Of a stretch of 64,000 nt of DNA, positions 33,899 through 43,036 are shown in pieces. The translations under genes were made by a program, and so were the position numbers. The stretch is taken from IMG/VR virus record IMGVR_UViG_3300044922_000409, positions 35,738 to 99,737 of that record. One strand, 5' to 3'. The first letter of the stretch is position 1. Each line of letters opens with the position of its first letter. Source of the stretch: a virus. Below the pieces are notes generated by a model that was not told the origin of the DNA, did no database searches, and saw nothing but the letters and a program-made list of their open reading frames with translations.

Positions 33899-35080
33899 TT
33901 ATGCAGGTTCCGTTGCAAAATCGTAATACGCGTATTCACCCCATGGCGGAACAATTGTAGTAGTGCCATGAATAATAAACACCGTATCACAGTATGTTTC
34001 ATCTCCCCATGATCCAAATGGATAACCATCTGTAAACATAATGAACTTTTTAGGATTGATGTCATGTTCTTTCATATATTCCCAGTTTGCATCAAAGTCA
34101 GTACCACCACCGCCTTTTACTTCGTAATGATCAAACTCGTCCATTGAGAATCCATCAAACTCTTGTTCATTATATACCTGTGTATCAAAACACCATAGCT
34201 TAATTTTGAAATCTTGATATTCTTGCATAATACCTTTAATTTCACTTAAGAAGTCAGATGCTTGTGTGTCACTAATAGAACCTGACATATCAATTGCAAT
34301 ACAAATATCGATTGTTTCAGAAAAGTTAGTGCCTGGTAAAATTGCATTCATGTGCCAACCTTTTCTATTTGGTCTCATGAATGAAAAATCATGTTTTATA
34401 GTACTTTGAATCTGCTGACGTAAAATTTCACGCCAGTTCATTTTTGGTTCAGTAAGTTCCTTAATAAGTCGAGCAACATTTGCAGGAGTGTTTCCTGCAC
34501 CTGCAGCTTGTGCTGCACTCATAGTAGCTTCACGAATCTCGTCACGAATCTTTTTTAATTCGTCTTTTGTATATTGCGGACGATTAGAACCATTCGGATT
34601 GCTTTCCCAATCAACGTGTTCATCGAGCATTTGCCCAATTTCATCAAGTTGTTGCTCGTCCATTTCATCCATTAATTTATCATAAATTTCTTCTGACCCC
34701 ATACCATAATATGCAGGATCATGATACATTTTAATAGTTGGAATTGGATCACCGATTTTATCTCGAACTAATTGACCGTTAACATTATAATCGCATGCAA
34801 TGTTAAACACTTTAGGTTTACGACCATCACGTCTTGACATGTGATCAAATACATTATGTAGGATCTCATGCCCAATAACAAATTCAATTTGTTTTATTGA
34901 TAGTGGCTCAAAAAAATCACGATTATAAAAGATATGACGACCATCTGTTGCTGCAGTTGGACACCAATCTGATCCATCTACAATTTTTAAACGAGTAGCC
35001 ATATTTCCAAAAAATGGGTGGCGTAACAACAAACCTACGCGAGCTACGATAATTTTATCAACAATTGAATCTAAAGACAT
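33899..35080 (-). CDS. Putative metallopeptidase plus vWA domain protein (DUF2201-like), MoxR partner
   Basis: TAATDG, HEILH (HExxH), MIDAS DMSGS, GGGGTDF and FTDG motifs. Confidence 0.85.
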   Translation of the reverse strand: MSLDSIVDKIIVARVGLLLRHPFFGNMATRLKIVDGSDWCPTAATDGRHIFYNRDFFEPLSIKQIEFVIGHEILHNVFDHMSRRDGRKPKVFNIACDYNVNGQLVRDKIGDPIPTIKMYHDPAYYGMGSEEIYDKLMDEMDEQQLDEIGQMLDEHVDWESNPNGSNRPQYTKDELKKIRDEIREATMSAAQAAGAGNTPANVARLIKELTEPKMNWREILRQQIQSTIKHDFSFMRPNRKGWHMNAILPGTNFSETIDICIAIDMSGSISDTQASDFLSEIKGIMQEYQDFKIKLWCFDTQVYNEQEFDGFSMDEFDHYEVKGGGGTDFDANWEYMKEHDINPKKFIMFTDGYPFGSWGDETYCDTVFIIHGTTTIVPPWGEYAYYDFATEPA

Positions 35081-35111
35081 GAATTACTCCTTATAGTTAT
35101 ATAGTGCGTAA

Positions 35112-35140
35112 AGTATAACACCGCCTTGCGGCGGTGTCAA
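35112..35140 (-). promoter_or_regulatory. sigma70-type promoter TTGACA-17-TATACT with a palindromic spacer
   Basis: Minus strand reads TTGACA ccgccgcaaggcggtgt TATACT. Confidence 0.7.
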
Positions 35141-35153
35141 CTGTTTTTTAATA

Positions 35154-36242
35154 TTATTGACCGCTAGCGGCAGTAATATATTTGCCATATTTACCGTGGA
35201 ACTCATCAAAACAACTAATTTCTTCTGGATCAAGCGGTAATTTGTATGAGCATAATGCAAGTTTAGTACCCATAATTGCAATTTCTGTTTCGAAATTGTT
35301 CATCATAAATAAGAAATAATTATTAACTTGCTCGTTCCAATTAGGCACCTTTTTTCTAGCAGATTCTTTTAATTCGTAACATAAACTAATTGTTAACGAG
35401 TACATTGCTGAAATCTCTTTTGTTTCACAAGTAGTTACTTTACCATTTAATACTGCAGTCGGATTAGGTAGTTTACTTGAAAACTGTCTGTGAGCCATAA
35501 ATTTAATAGCTAAGCCTTCACCAATTGAACCAGCAACTAAATCTGATAATGTATCTGCGTCAGTATCGTTATCGTTAATTAACTCACTTACAAAGCTCCA
35601 TGATCTAGGTGTAGCAAATGCACGTGAACTTGATTTAGAATCAAAAGTATAAAGATCGCTTTTGCATGAAGTTAAAAATCCAATTACATCTGGATGAACT
35701 GCATTGTCAGTTGCCCAATCAAAGTAATCATCCCAATCAACTGCCATTTCTAAGTGAATAAATCTATTAGCTAATGGCGCAGGCATACGATATGTAACAC
35801 CTTTGTCTGTTTCTCTGTTACCAGCAGCAACAATAACAACGTTATCAGGTAACTCGTATTGTCCTACACGACGATTTAAAATAAGCTGATAAGCAGCAGC
35901 CTGTACACTCGGAGCAGCAGAATTCATCTCATCTAAAAACAAAATAACAGTTTTAAATTGTGATGCAAACGCATTGCTTGGTAATTCTGACGGTGGAGCC
36001 CATACCATTGTTTGGTCTACTGAATCAAAGTACGGAATACCTTTAATATCAGTTGGTTCCCATAAACTTAATCGAACATCGATAACATGTGCATCTAATT
36101 CACTACCTAGCTGTTTAATAATATCTGATTTACCAATGCCTGGAGGTCCCCATAAAAAGATTGGACGTTTGCTGCTGAATGCTTTGCGTAAAGATTTTTT
36201 AGCTGATTTTGGTCCAACTGTACGTGATACGATGTTGCTCAT
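35154..36242 (-). CDS. MoxR-like AAA+ ATPase
   Basis: Walker A GPPGIGKS, Walker B LFLDE, AAGN, PLANRF and TPRSW. Adjacent to the vWA gene. Confidence 0.9.
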   Translation of the reverse strand: MSNIVSRTVGPKSAKKSLRKAFSSKRPIFLWGPPGIGKSDIIKQLGSELDAHVIDVRLSLWEPTDIKGIPYFDSVDQTMVWAPPSELPSNAFASQFKTVILFLDEMNSAAPSVQAAAYQLILNRRVGQYELPDNVVIVAAGNRETDKGVTYRMPAPLANRFIHLEMAVDWDDYFDWATDNAVHPDVIGFLTSCKSDLYTFDSKSSSRAFATPRSWSFVSELINDNDTDADTLSDLVAGSIGEGLAIKFMAHRQFSSKLPNPTAVLNGKVTTCETKEISAMYSLTISLCYELKESARKKVPNWNEQVNNYFLFMMNNFETEIAIMGTKLALCSYKLPLDPEEISCFDEFHGKYGKYITAASGQ

Positions 36243-36327
36243 AAATTAATACCTCATAGGTTATATAAAAAAGAAAAGTTAATAACTTGTGTAGCTAATG
36301 TTGTGTTGCTAACAAACTATGTAGCAT

Positions 36328-36355
36328 ATTATACAGCTTTTTTTGTAAGTGTCAA
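36328..36355 (-). promoter_or_regulatory. sigma70-type promoter TTGACA-16-TATAAT
   Basis: Perfect hexamers upstream of the MoxR gene. Confidence 0.75.
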
Positions 36356-36362
36356 GTATTTT

Positions 36363-36752
36363 TTATAAGTTATCTTGCCGTGCTTTCATTGCTTTAACAA
36401 GTCCGTATCTGCGAATATCGTCTGAGAAGAAATATAGTTCAACGCATTTTCGTTCGTCAAATACGGTTATGCTTTTATATGTAAGATAATACGGGCAATC
36501 AAGATATCGTTCTAAAAATATAATTGTTTGCGGGCTTATTTCAATAGTATCAGTAAACGGGACTTCATATGATTTTAATTCTAACGTAGACGTTAAAAAC
36601 TCAAAGCCACACTCACTTAACCGATATGCAGTTTGTTTACCAACACGAGATGATTGCCACCATTTACGTGAAAATAATAATACGTTAGTGTCATCCGAAC
36701 TTTTACCCCATTGATCTAAAAATATTTTTGTTAATGTATCTCTAGGAATCAT
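36363..36752 (-). CDS. Hypothetical protein
   Basis: 129-aa ORF with an ATGA overlap to the upstream gene. Confidence 0.75.
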   Translation of the reverse strand: MIPRDTLTKIFLDQWGKSSDDTNVLLFSRKWWQSSRVGKQTAYRLSECGFEFLTSTLELKSYEVPFTDTIEISPQTIIFLERYLDCPYYLTYKSITVFDERKCVELYFFSDDIRRYGLVKAMKARQDNL

Positions 36753-37024
36753 CGCACAGTAACTCCGTTAGTTAGCTTTACAACAGTGAAGTCACTGCAA
36801 TTAAATTCACTATTTAGCTTAGTAGCTAAGTTGTGTGCATGTCCTGGATTCGAAAATGAAGATTTTTTATATTTAGATCCAACTGGTAAGGTGGTGCTTT
36901 TTAAATTAAATGGTTCATCTTTATAAACAACTGCCCAAATTGCGTCGGCTTCTAAAATTTGATCTAATTGTCCGGTATTTGGATCATAATGTTCTACTAA
37001 TACACGCGGTTTTGGTCTTGCCAT
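36749..37024 (-). CDS. Hypothetical protein
   Basis: 91-aa ORF with a strong AGGAGG RBS and TAAATA upstream. Confidence 0.8.
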   Translation of the reverse strand: MARPKPRVLVEHYDPNTGQLDQILEADAIWAVVYKDEPFNLKSTTLPVGSKYKKSSFSNPGHAHNLATKLNSEFNCSDFTVVKLTNGVTVR

Positions 37025-37047
37025 ACGGTCCTCCTATTAACTACGTG

Positions 37048-37053
37048 TATTTA
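37048..37053 (-). promoter_or_regulatory. T4-like late promoter core (TAAATA)
   Basis: Minus-strand GATAAATA about 25 nt before the ATG at 37024. Confidence 0.5.
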
Positions 37054-37056
37054 TCG

Positions 37057-37305
37057 TTAATTAGTCTCGCTAAAATTTCCACCATCTAGTTGAATAGTAA
37101 CAGTCTCATTAGTTGAATTAGTAGATAAAGATTCAACTAATGCAGAATAGTCTTGATTAAGCTGATCTAAAATTTCAGTTAGTGCTAAATTAAGTAGTCT
37201 AGCTTGCTGAATTGGCATTTTAACTTCTTTTTGTTGACTCAATTCGGTTGCACGTAATAGCTGTGCAAATTGGGTAATTGGACTTAAATTAATTGAATTT
37301 TGCAT
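37057..37305 (-). CDS. Hypothetical protein
   Basis: 82-aa ORF in a tightly packed operon. Confidence 0.7.
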   Translation of the reverse strand: MQNSINLSPITQFAQLLRATELSQQKEVKMPIQQARLLNLALTEILDQLNQDYSALVESLSTNSTNETVTIQLDGGNFSETN

Positions 37306-37774
37306 TTGCTAACACCATTTTCATTTCTAGTTCTGATTTAAACGGACCTTTATGTGAGTTACGTTCAATTGTAATCGCTTTAGGACAAAAACTTTTAACC
37401 CAGCCCTTTTCAAATTTAATAATGTAATATCCTGCGCAATACAAACTTTTACTTTGATCGCTTTTAGTAAATAACGGCAATTTACGACGAACATCGTAAA
37501 TTGCATTGTACGGTGTACAGCTAGTAGGATATCCGTAACACTCGTTTAACGTAACGGCTGAAACTTTTATATGATGATTAGACGTAAAAAAATTAGAACC
37601 AAATTCAGATGTAAGTTCTTCTTTTTTATTAAAACATAATTCACCAGTAGTACTACTTAATATATATTGGTCGTTTTCTTTTTTATGCAGGGTTGCAATT
37701 TTCAAACCGTCTTGTTCAACAATCCAAAATTTACCATCTACGATCGGTTTAGCATAAATCTCAAAGTCTACCAT
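37289..37774 (-). CDS. Hypothetical protein
   Basis: 161-aa ORF in the operon. Confidence 0.75.
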   Translation of the reverse strand: MVDFEIYAKPIVDGKFWIVEQDGLKIATLHKKENDQYILSSTTGELCFNKKEELTSEFGSNFFTSNHHIKVSAVTLNECYGYPTSCTPYNAIYDVRRKLPLFTKSDQSKSLYCAGYYIIKFEKGWVKSFCPKAITIERNSHKGPFKSELEMKMVLANAKFN

Positions 37775-37968
37775 TGATCAACACCTGTAATTTCAACAGT
37801 TTGAGTAGTAGCAATACCATTTACTACATACGGAAATGATATTCCTAGTACATAGCCAATTCCGCTTGATCCGTCGTAACACACATCAATCTTGTCTACT
37901 TCTGGAAATTTTTCTAATACTGCTAATATTTCAGTGAGTTCTTCTTTTGTAATTGTAATTTTTTTCAT
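37768..37968 (-). CDS. Hypothetical protein
   Basis: 66-aa ORF filling the gap between its neighbours. Confidence 0.7.
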   Translation of the reverse strand: MKKITITKEELTEILAVLEKFPEVDKIDVCYDGSSGIGYVLGISFPYVVNGIATTQTVEITGVDQW

Positions 37969-37970
37969 AG

Positions 37971-38957
37971 TTATGTTGTTGGGTAGTTTGCTTGAAACGG
38001 TTCTGCAAATGGTTGAATATTATCAATCATTCTTCGCATATCGTATGATTGACAAAACTTAATCATACGTGAACCGACTTGTGTAATACATTTTGGTTTA
38101 GAATTAACGCTAATTGTTTCGTTAATGATTGCGCGTACATCTTCCGGTTGCTGTGTTAGGTCGATCAACACTCGATTACGATTATAGTCATCTATCACAC
38201 GATGTTCTACACCATTATGATCAGTCCATCGTTGTAATAAGAAATTATTCCACGCATATCCTTGCGTCGCACGATCTTCAAATGCTTCAGTTAATCCGAT
38301 CTTCTTTTTAGTACCTTTAGTTCTAGCACCGGGATATGCTGAAAACACGTTATCACTAGTATCACCTCTTATGCATTTTTCGAATAACATCCATTCTGGA
38401 TCAAATGGCATTTTATTTTCGCCTGTTTTTTTATCTTTAACGGGTTTACCTTTTGCATCAAAATATCCTTCATGCGTAATATGATGGTCTGCTACACCGT
38501 TATATTGACTAACCGTAGGGCTAATCAATTGTTGAAAGTCAGTGTCTGTACTAACAATAACATGTGTAGCATCTGGATGTGCTTGAATAAATCCTGCAAT
38601 TAAATCATCTGCTTCTAATCGTGAATGTTGTAATACAGTACAGTTAGTTTTTTCAGTAATAAAGGTTGCAAAATCTCCATAGGCTTCCCAGAATAGTTTG
38701 TCATCTTCTTGTTCTTTAACAGTCATAGCAGCACGAGTTACTGCTCGGTTGCGTTTATATGGTTCGTAAAAATCTTTACGCCAACTCCGACCTTCTAAAC
38801 AAAAGATTACGTGTTCACCGTTAAAATCATTCCATGCTTTTTTAACACTATTAAATGTAATGTGTAACGCCATTCCGAGTTTTAAATCGGATGTGCCTTG
38901 AACTGAATGTCGTGCGCGATAAAACAAGTTTGATAAATCGACTAAAATAAATGCCAT
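37971..38957 (-). CDS. rnh: 5'-3' exonuclease / T4 RNase H-like flap endonuclease
   Basis: LVD, SWRK..Y..YK.NR, EADD, STDTDFQQL and GDTSDNV FEN motifs. Confidence 0.9.
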   Translation of the reverse strand: MAFILVDLSNLFYRARHSVQGTSDLKLGMALHITFNSVKKAWNDFNGEHVIFCLEGRSWRKDFYEPYKRNRAVTRAAMTVKEQEDDKLFWEAYGDFATFITEKTNCTVLQHSRLEADDLIAGFIQAHPDATHVIVSTDTDFQQLISPTVSQYNGVADHHITHEGYFDAKGKPVKDKKTGENKMPFDPEWMLFEKCIRGDTSDNVFSAYPGARTKGTKKKIGLTEAFEDRATQGYAWNNFLLQRWTDHNGVEHRVIDDYNRNRVLIDLTQQPEDVRAIINETISVNSKPKCITQVGSRMIKFCQSYDMRRMIDNIQPFAEPFQANYPTT

Positions 38958-38965
38958 TGTGTCCT

Positions 38966-39127
38966 CTATTGTTGAAAGTTAAAAGTATATTCCGGTTTGA
39001 CTATAAACTTTGCTTCCCACCCGTTAACAGTAGGCCTAACATATTCTAATTTAATAGTAGGATTGTTATATAATACATCATAATTGCCGGGTAGTTGTTT
39101 AGTTGGGCCTGGTCCAAGTGTTCTCAT
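38966..39127 (-). CDS. Small hypothetical protein (53 aa, not in the ORF track)
   Basis: Hand translation MRTLGPGPTKQLPGNYDV...FNFQQ* fills the intergenic gap. Confidence 0.55.
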   Translation of the reverse strand: MRTLGPGPTKQLPGNYDVLYNNPTIKLEYVRPTVNGWEAKFIVKPEYTFNFQQ

Positions 39128-39135
39128 GTTGTTAC

Positions 39136-39573
39136 CTATTGTGTTTTATTAATTTTAAGAAATCCAAAATCTTGATCAGATACGTCAATTCCTTCGGCTG
39201 CAGCAGCATTGTAACAGATATCTCTATACCAACGACCTACAATTTCATCTTCGGGATCACCTTCGTAACCGTATCCATCTTGTTTTAATTTTTCAACCCA
39301 AAACTCATTCCAGTCAAGTTCAAAAAAACCATTTCTAACATTTTGTTTATTAACCTTAAATCCGATCACATCGACCCACGGTTCTTTCTTTAATGTAGCA
39401 ATTTCTTTTGGAGTAAGAGGCGTTTGAACAACTTCTTCTTTAACTTTAGGTTGTCTTACTTTACGTTTTTTAATAGCTTGTTGTTTAGATAATTGTGCTT
39501 CTTTTAATTGCTGTTGCAATGCCAACTCATCATTACGATCACCGAATAATTTTTTTATAATTTTTTCAAACAT
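39136..39573 (-). CDS. Hypothetical protein
   Basis: Start placed at MFEKII because of the TAATG overlap with the queE stop. Confidence 0.75.
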   Translation of the reverse strand: MFEKIIKKLFGDRNDELALQQQLKEAQLSKQQAIKKRKVRQPKVKEEVVQTPLTPKEIATLKKEPWVDVIGFKVNKQNVRNGFFELDWNEFWVEKLKQDGYGYEGDPEDEIVGRWYRDICYNAAAAEGIDVSDQDFGFLKINKTQ

Positions 39574-40412
39574 TATGTTCCCCAACCGTTGCCAAATAGT
39601 GGAAGATGTAGCCTATCACTATATCGCAATCCATATTTTAATGCAAGTTCTGCTACTGCTTTGTTGTTTAAATGATAAACATCTTCAACACCGCCAACTG
39701 GCATTAAATAAACATCACCTCTAAAACCAGCTGCTCTATACCATTCTAATGCTTCTAGAGCTTCAATAACATCTTCTTTAGTTGCAACTACAAATTTTAA
39801 AAATGAACCATAACTTGATAGTTGGTACTCAGTTACAATTTCAGGACAAATTGCCTTATCTTTTAGTTCTCCGCTTACACTTAGCTTAGGACTAATTGAA
39901 AATGTTACTTGATATCGTCTTTTTCCAAATATGTAATCTTCTAATTCTTCTGATAATACTTGTGTGCCGTTAGTTTCAAACGTAATGTTTTTTAAGTCTT
40001 CTAACTTTGGATGATTTAACAATTCTGGATATATCTTTTGCCATCCAGGTAACAATGGTTCACCTCCTGTAATTACTAAGTGTACATTACCCCATCTTTT
40101 ATTAGGTAGCAGATTAATCATTTTATCTGCAATTTCATCGATAGTCATTATAGGACTTAACTGTTTAAATTTTGGATGCCAGCTTGCATAACTGTCACAC
40201 CCGGTAGTTACTAATGGTAGTTCATCATATGAATGATATTGTATACCATTATTAGCAATTGCATCTGCTTGTACACTTAGTTCACCTTTAGGCATACCAA
40301 ACCCTCTACAAGAAAAATTGCACCCAAACGTTCTAAGGAACACACTTGGCACTCCCATAAATCTACCCTCACCTTGTAATGAGTAAAATATTTCTGATAC
40401 TTTAAGTGTCAT
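39573..40412 (-). CDS. queE: 7-carboxy-7-deazaguanine synthase (radical SAM)
   Basis: SEIFYSLQGEG..G.PSVFLRTFGCN, CDS, ITGGEPL, ETNGT, SPKL and RLH. Confidence 0.9.
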   Translation of the reverse strand: MTLKVSEIFYSLQGEGRFMGVPSVFLRTFGCNFSCRGFGMPKGELSVQADAIANNGIQYHSYDELPLVTTGCDSYASWHPKFKQLSPIMTIDEIADKMINLLPNKRWGNVHLVITGGEPLLPGWQKIYPELLNHPKLEDLKNITFETNGTQVLSEELEDYIFGKRRYQVTFSISPKLSVSGELKDKAICPEIVTEYQLSSYGSFLKFVVATKEDVIEALEALEWYRAAGFRGDVYLMPVGGVEDVYHLNNKAVAELALKYGLRYSDRLHLPLFGNGWGT

Positions 40413-40852
40413 TTGTTATCCTGTGTTAATTGTTTACGAAACTCGTAGCAATCTTTAACTGCAGACGTTAATGCGTCTGCATAATTTAATGTTTGTTGTT
40501 CAGACATTATAGTCGATTGTTGATATTTAAGATAACCATCAAACCACAAATTCCATGTAATTTTACAACGATGATGAAATCCATTAAGAAAACTTAATGT
40601 AGTATATGCAACCGTACTTAAAAATACATTTTTGATTTTATAAGTTTCTGCAACATCGAATGGTCTATCCCAATATGCAGTTTTTTGTGTAGTAAAGGTA
40701 GTTACTGTAACATTAAATTCATCAGCTTCTACCATAAACTCGATATCATCATCTTCGTTACCGCATTTGCATTTAATTGCATACATTTTACTATCACCCC
40801 AGTCATTTGTTTGCATAATGCCTACTGCTGGAATTTGTGGTGTTAATTTCAT
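40409..40852 (-). CDS. Hypothetical protein
   Basis: 147-aa ORF between folE and queE, with a CxC motif. Confidence 0.75.
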   Translation of the reverse strand: MKLTPQIPAVGIMQTNDWGDSKMYAIKCKCGNEDDDIEFMVEADEFNVTVTTFTTQKTAYWDRPFDVAETYKIKNVFLSTVAYTTLSFLNGFHHRCKITWNLWFDGYLKYQQSTIMSEQQTLNYADALTSAVKDCYEFRKQLTQDNK

Positions 40853-40860
40853 AAATCTCC

Positions 40861-41532
40861 TTATTTGTTTACAATACTCATAAATTCTGCACGAGTAGTT
40901 GGATCGTTTTTAAATGCACCACCTAACTTACTAGTAATAGTAGTGCTACCTGTGTCTTCTACACCTCTTGCGGCAACACAATAATGTTTTGCATCGATAA
41001 CTACTGCAATATTATCAGTATCTAAGATGTATTCTAATGCGTGGAATACTTGTTCTGTTAATCTTTCTTGTACTTGTGGACGTTTTGAAAAGTATTCAAC
41101 TACGCGGTTAATTTTGCTTAGACCAAGTACAACGTCGTTTGGAATATAACCAACTGTTGCAAATCCATCAATTACTACAAAATGATGTTCGCAATTACTT
41201 TGCACGTTAATGTTGCGTTCAATTAACATTTCATTGTACCCCATTTTATTTTGTATAGTAGTACACTTTGGAAATGCGTCATAATCAAGGCCCCAAAATA
41301 TTTCGTTAACGAACATTTTTGCAACTCGTTTAGGAGTGTCTGCTAAACTGTCATCTAATAAGTCTAACCCTAATGTTACCATAATATCATAAAACTTATC
41401 CTGAATGATATTAATTTTTTCTGATGTTGTTAATATTTTTTCAGTCACTGGTGTTTCAACACCTAAACTTACTAAATGATTGTGTATTGCTAAACCTAAT
41501 GCTGGATCTGTTTTTAATTTATTAAAGCTCAT
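40861..41532 (-). CDS. folE: GTP cyclohydrolase I
   Basis: TPKRVAKM, CEHH, GLSKINR, RPQVQERLT and HYCV..RGV. Confidence 0.95.
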   Translation of the reverse strand: MSFNKLKTDPALGLAIHNHLVSLGVETPVTEKILTTSEKINIIQDKFYDIMVTLGLDLLDDSLADTPKRVAKMFVNEIFWGLDYDAFPKCTTIQNKMGYNEMLIERNINVQSNCEHHFVVIDGFATVGYIPNDVVLGLSKINRVVEYFSKRPQVQERLTEQVFHALEYILDTDNIAVVIDAKHYCVAARGVEDTGSTTITSKLGGAFKNDPTTRAEFMSIVNK

Positions 41533-41558
41533 TTTTAATTCCTTGTTTGTAAGTGTAC

Positions 41559-41587
41559 ATTATACAGTAGTATTTAGGTTTTGTCAA
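41559..41587 (-). promoter_or_regulatory. sigma70-type promoter TTGACA-17-TATAAT with TAAATA in the spacer
   Basis: Minus strand reads TTGACA aaacctaaatactactg TATAAT upstream of folE. Confidence 0.75.
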
Positions 41588-41741
41588 TTGTTTTAAACAT
41601 TGCTAATTCATCTTGTAAGTATTCTACGTAATCTTGAAGTCCGGACAACATACGAGGATCACCGGTACCGGCATGTTTGTCAATATCATTTTTTACATTT
41701 TTAATTTTTTCTTGTAGTTCTTCTTTAGTTAAATCTGTCAT
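41574..41741 (-). CDS. Small hypothetical helical protein (55 aa, not in the ORF track)
   Basis: GGAGG RBS, then MTDLTKEELQEKIKNVKND...KTIDKT*. Confidence 0.65.
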   Translation of the reverse strand: MTDLTKEELQEKIKNVKNDIDKHAGTGDPRMLSGLQDYVEYLQDELAMFKTIDKT

Positions 41742-42057
41742 TGTTTCCCTCCGATCTTGCTATTTCTAAAAACATTTTATATTTTTCATATGCTGCGTTA
41801 ACAGTTGGATTAGAATCTCTAACATACATATCTTCATAATGTTTTTTATTCCATTCTTCACATTTTTCAGCTTTGTCGATCAACTTTATAAAATCTTTCT
41901 CGTTTAATTTAACAGTTAAAGACCTCGTAACGTTTGCTCGTTCGCTTGGAATTGATGCCTTTGACCAATCTATCGAATAAGTGTTATCTGCAGAATAATA
42001 TTGTTCAATGTCTATGCTTCGTATACCGTATTTCTGTGTTATTTCGGATAGTTCCAT
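41725..42057 (-). CDS. Hypothetical protein
   Basis: Start placed at MELSE because of the TAATG overlap with the PRTase stop. Confidence 0.7.
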   Translation of the reverse strand: MELSEITQKYGIRSIDIEQYYSADNTYSIDWSKASIPSERANVTRSLTVKLNEKDFIKLIDKAEKCEEWNKKHYEDMYVRDSNPTVNAAYEKYKMFLEIARSEGNNDRFN

Positions 42058-42587
42058 TACTTTTTCCAGTAGTTTTCCCAAGGAAAGTCAATCCATATAG
42101 GATCTTCTCGTTTGTCAAATTCTTCTGCGCAATAATCAACATGCGCGTTACTTGCAGCATTATCAAATATTACAGCAAATCTTACATTCCTGTGCCACAC
42201 ATCATGATCCCATCGTATATCATTTGGTAAACACAATGATTTCCAATCTTCTTTAATCCAATCAAGTGTTGCACCTGAGTCATTAATATCATCAACAATT
42301 AGAATGTTTTTAGCTAGACCAACACTTGCTAATTCATCATCAGTGACTCCAAATGCATCACACGCCATCCATGCATTGTGTTCATTATCATCCGGATGAT
42401 CACGTAAGCTAACGTGTAATGTTAACATTTTAACACCTAGGTATTGGCTTAGTAAGTTCGCGGGGATAAGTCCCCCGCGTGTAATGCCTACAATATAATC
42501 TGGTTTCCACTCGTCTTTTTGTATTTGACGTGCAATTTCCAATGCTGCACCTTCTAATTGTTTCCAACTGTATTTTACTACTTTCAT
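42057..42587 (-). CDS. Purine (xanthine/guanine-type) phosphoribosyltransferase
   Basis: GITRGGLIPA, PRPP-binding ILIVDDINDSGATL, and C-terminal WIDFPWE. Confidence 0.88.
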   Translation of the reverse strand: MKVVKYSWKQLEGAALEIARQIQKDEWKPDYIVGITRGGLIPANLLSQYLGVKMLTLHVSLRDHPDDNEHNAWMACDAFGVTDDELASVGLAKNILIVDDINDSGATLDWIKEDWKSLCLPNDIRWDHDVWHRNVRFAVIFDNAASNAHVDYCAEEFDKREDPIWIDFPWENYWKK

Positions 42588-43036
42588 TCGTCGTCCTTTG
42601 GAAGTATGCTGTCTTCGTAACAGATTGTGTAAATTGATTTTAAATTCTCATATGCTTTGTCTAGGCCAGGGTAATCATTGCATAGTTTTCTGAATGCATT
42701 CCATTCAGGAAAGTTATCTTCAAATGGTTTACCATATGCAGCCCAACTAGAAGTAGACCAAGTATTTCCTCCTATTCCGTTATATGCGTAATAGTTACTT
42801 GTTAAATTAGTAGAATTAAATCCGGTTATAGTATTATGGCCATACATGCCATTACTTCCAGTGATAGTAATTGTATCACTCGCTGCTGTTCCACACATAA
42901 CATTTGACGCTGTATATGCTGATAATGTACTGGCATCAAACGCAGGTATACTGTAACGTGTTGGATCCCCATCCATAGTAAATGTAATAGTATCAGATCC
43001 GGTTGATGTAGTAATAGTATCATTTAAAGTTGTCAT
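42584..43036 (-). CDS. Hypothetical protein (Thr/Ser-rich N-terminus)
   Basis: Likely start at MTTLND. Confidence 0.7.
   Translation of the reverse strand: MTTLNDTITTSTGSDTITFTMDGDPTRYSIPAFDASTLSAYTASNVMCGTAASDTITITGSNGMYGHNTITGFNSTNLTSNYYAYNGIGGNTWSTSSWAAYGKPFEDNFPEWNAFRKLCNDYPGLDKAYENLKSIYTICYEDSILPKDDE

Noticed and set aside
35084-35281. 65-aa ORF
   Set aside because: It overlaps the moxR 3' end and runs through the promoter/hairpin.
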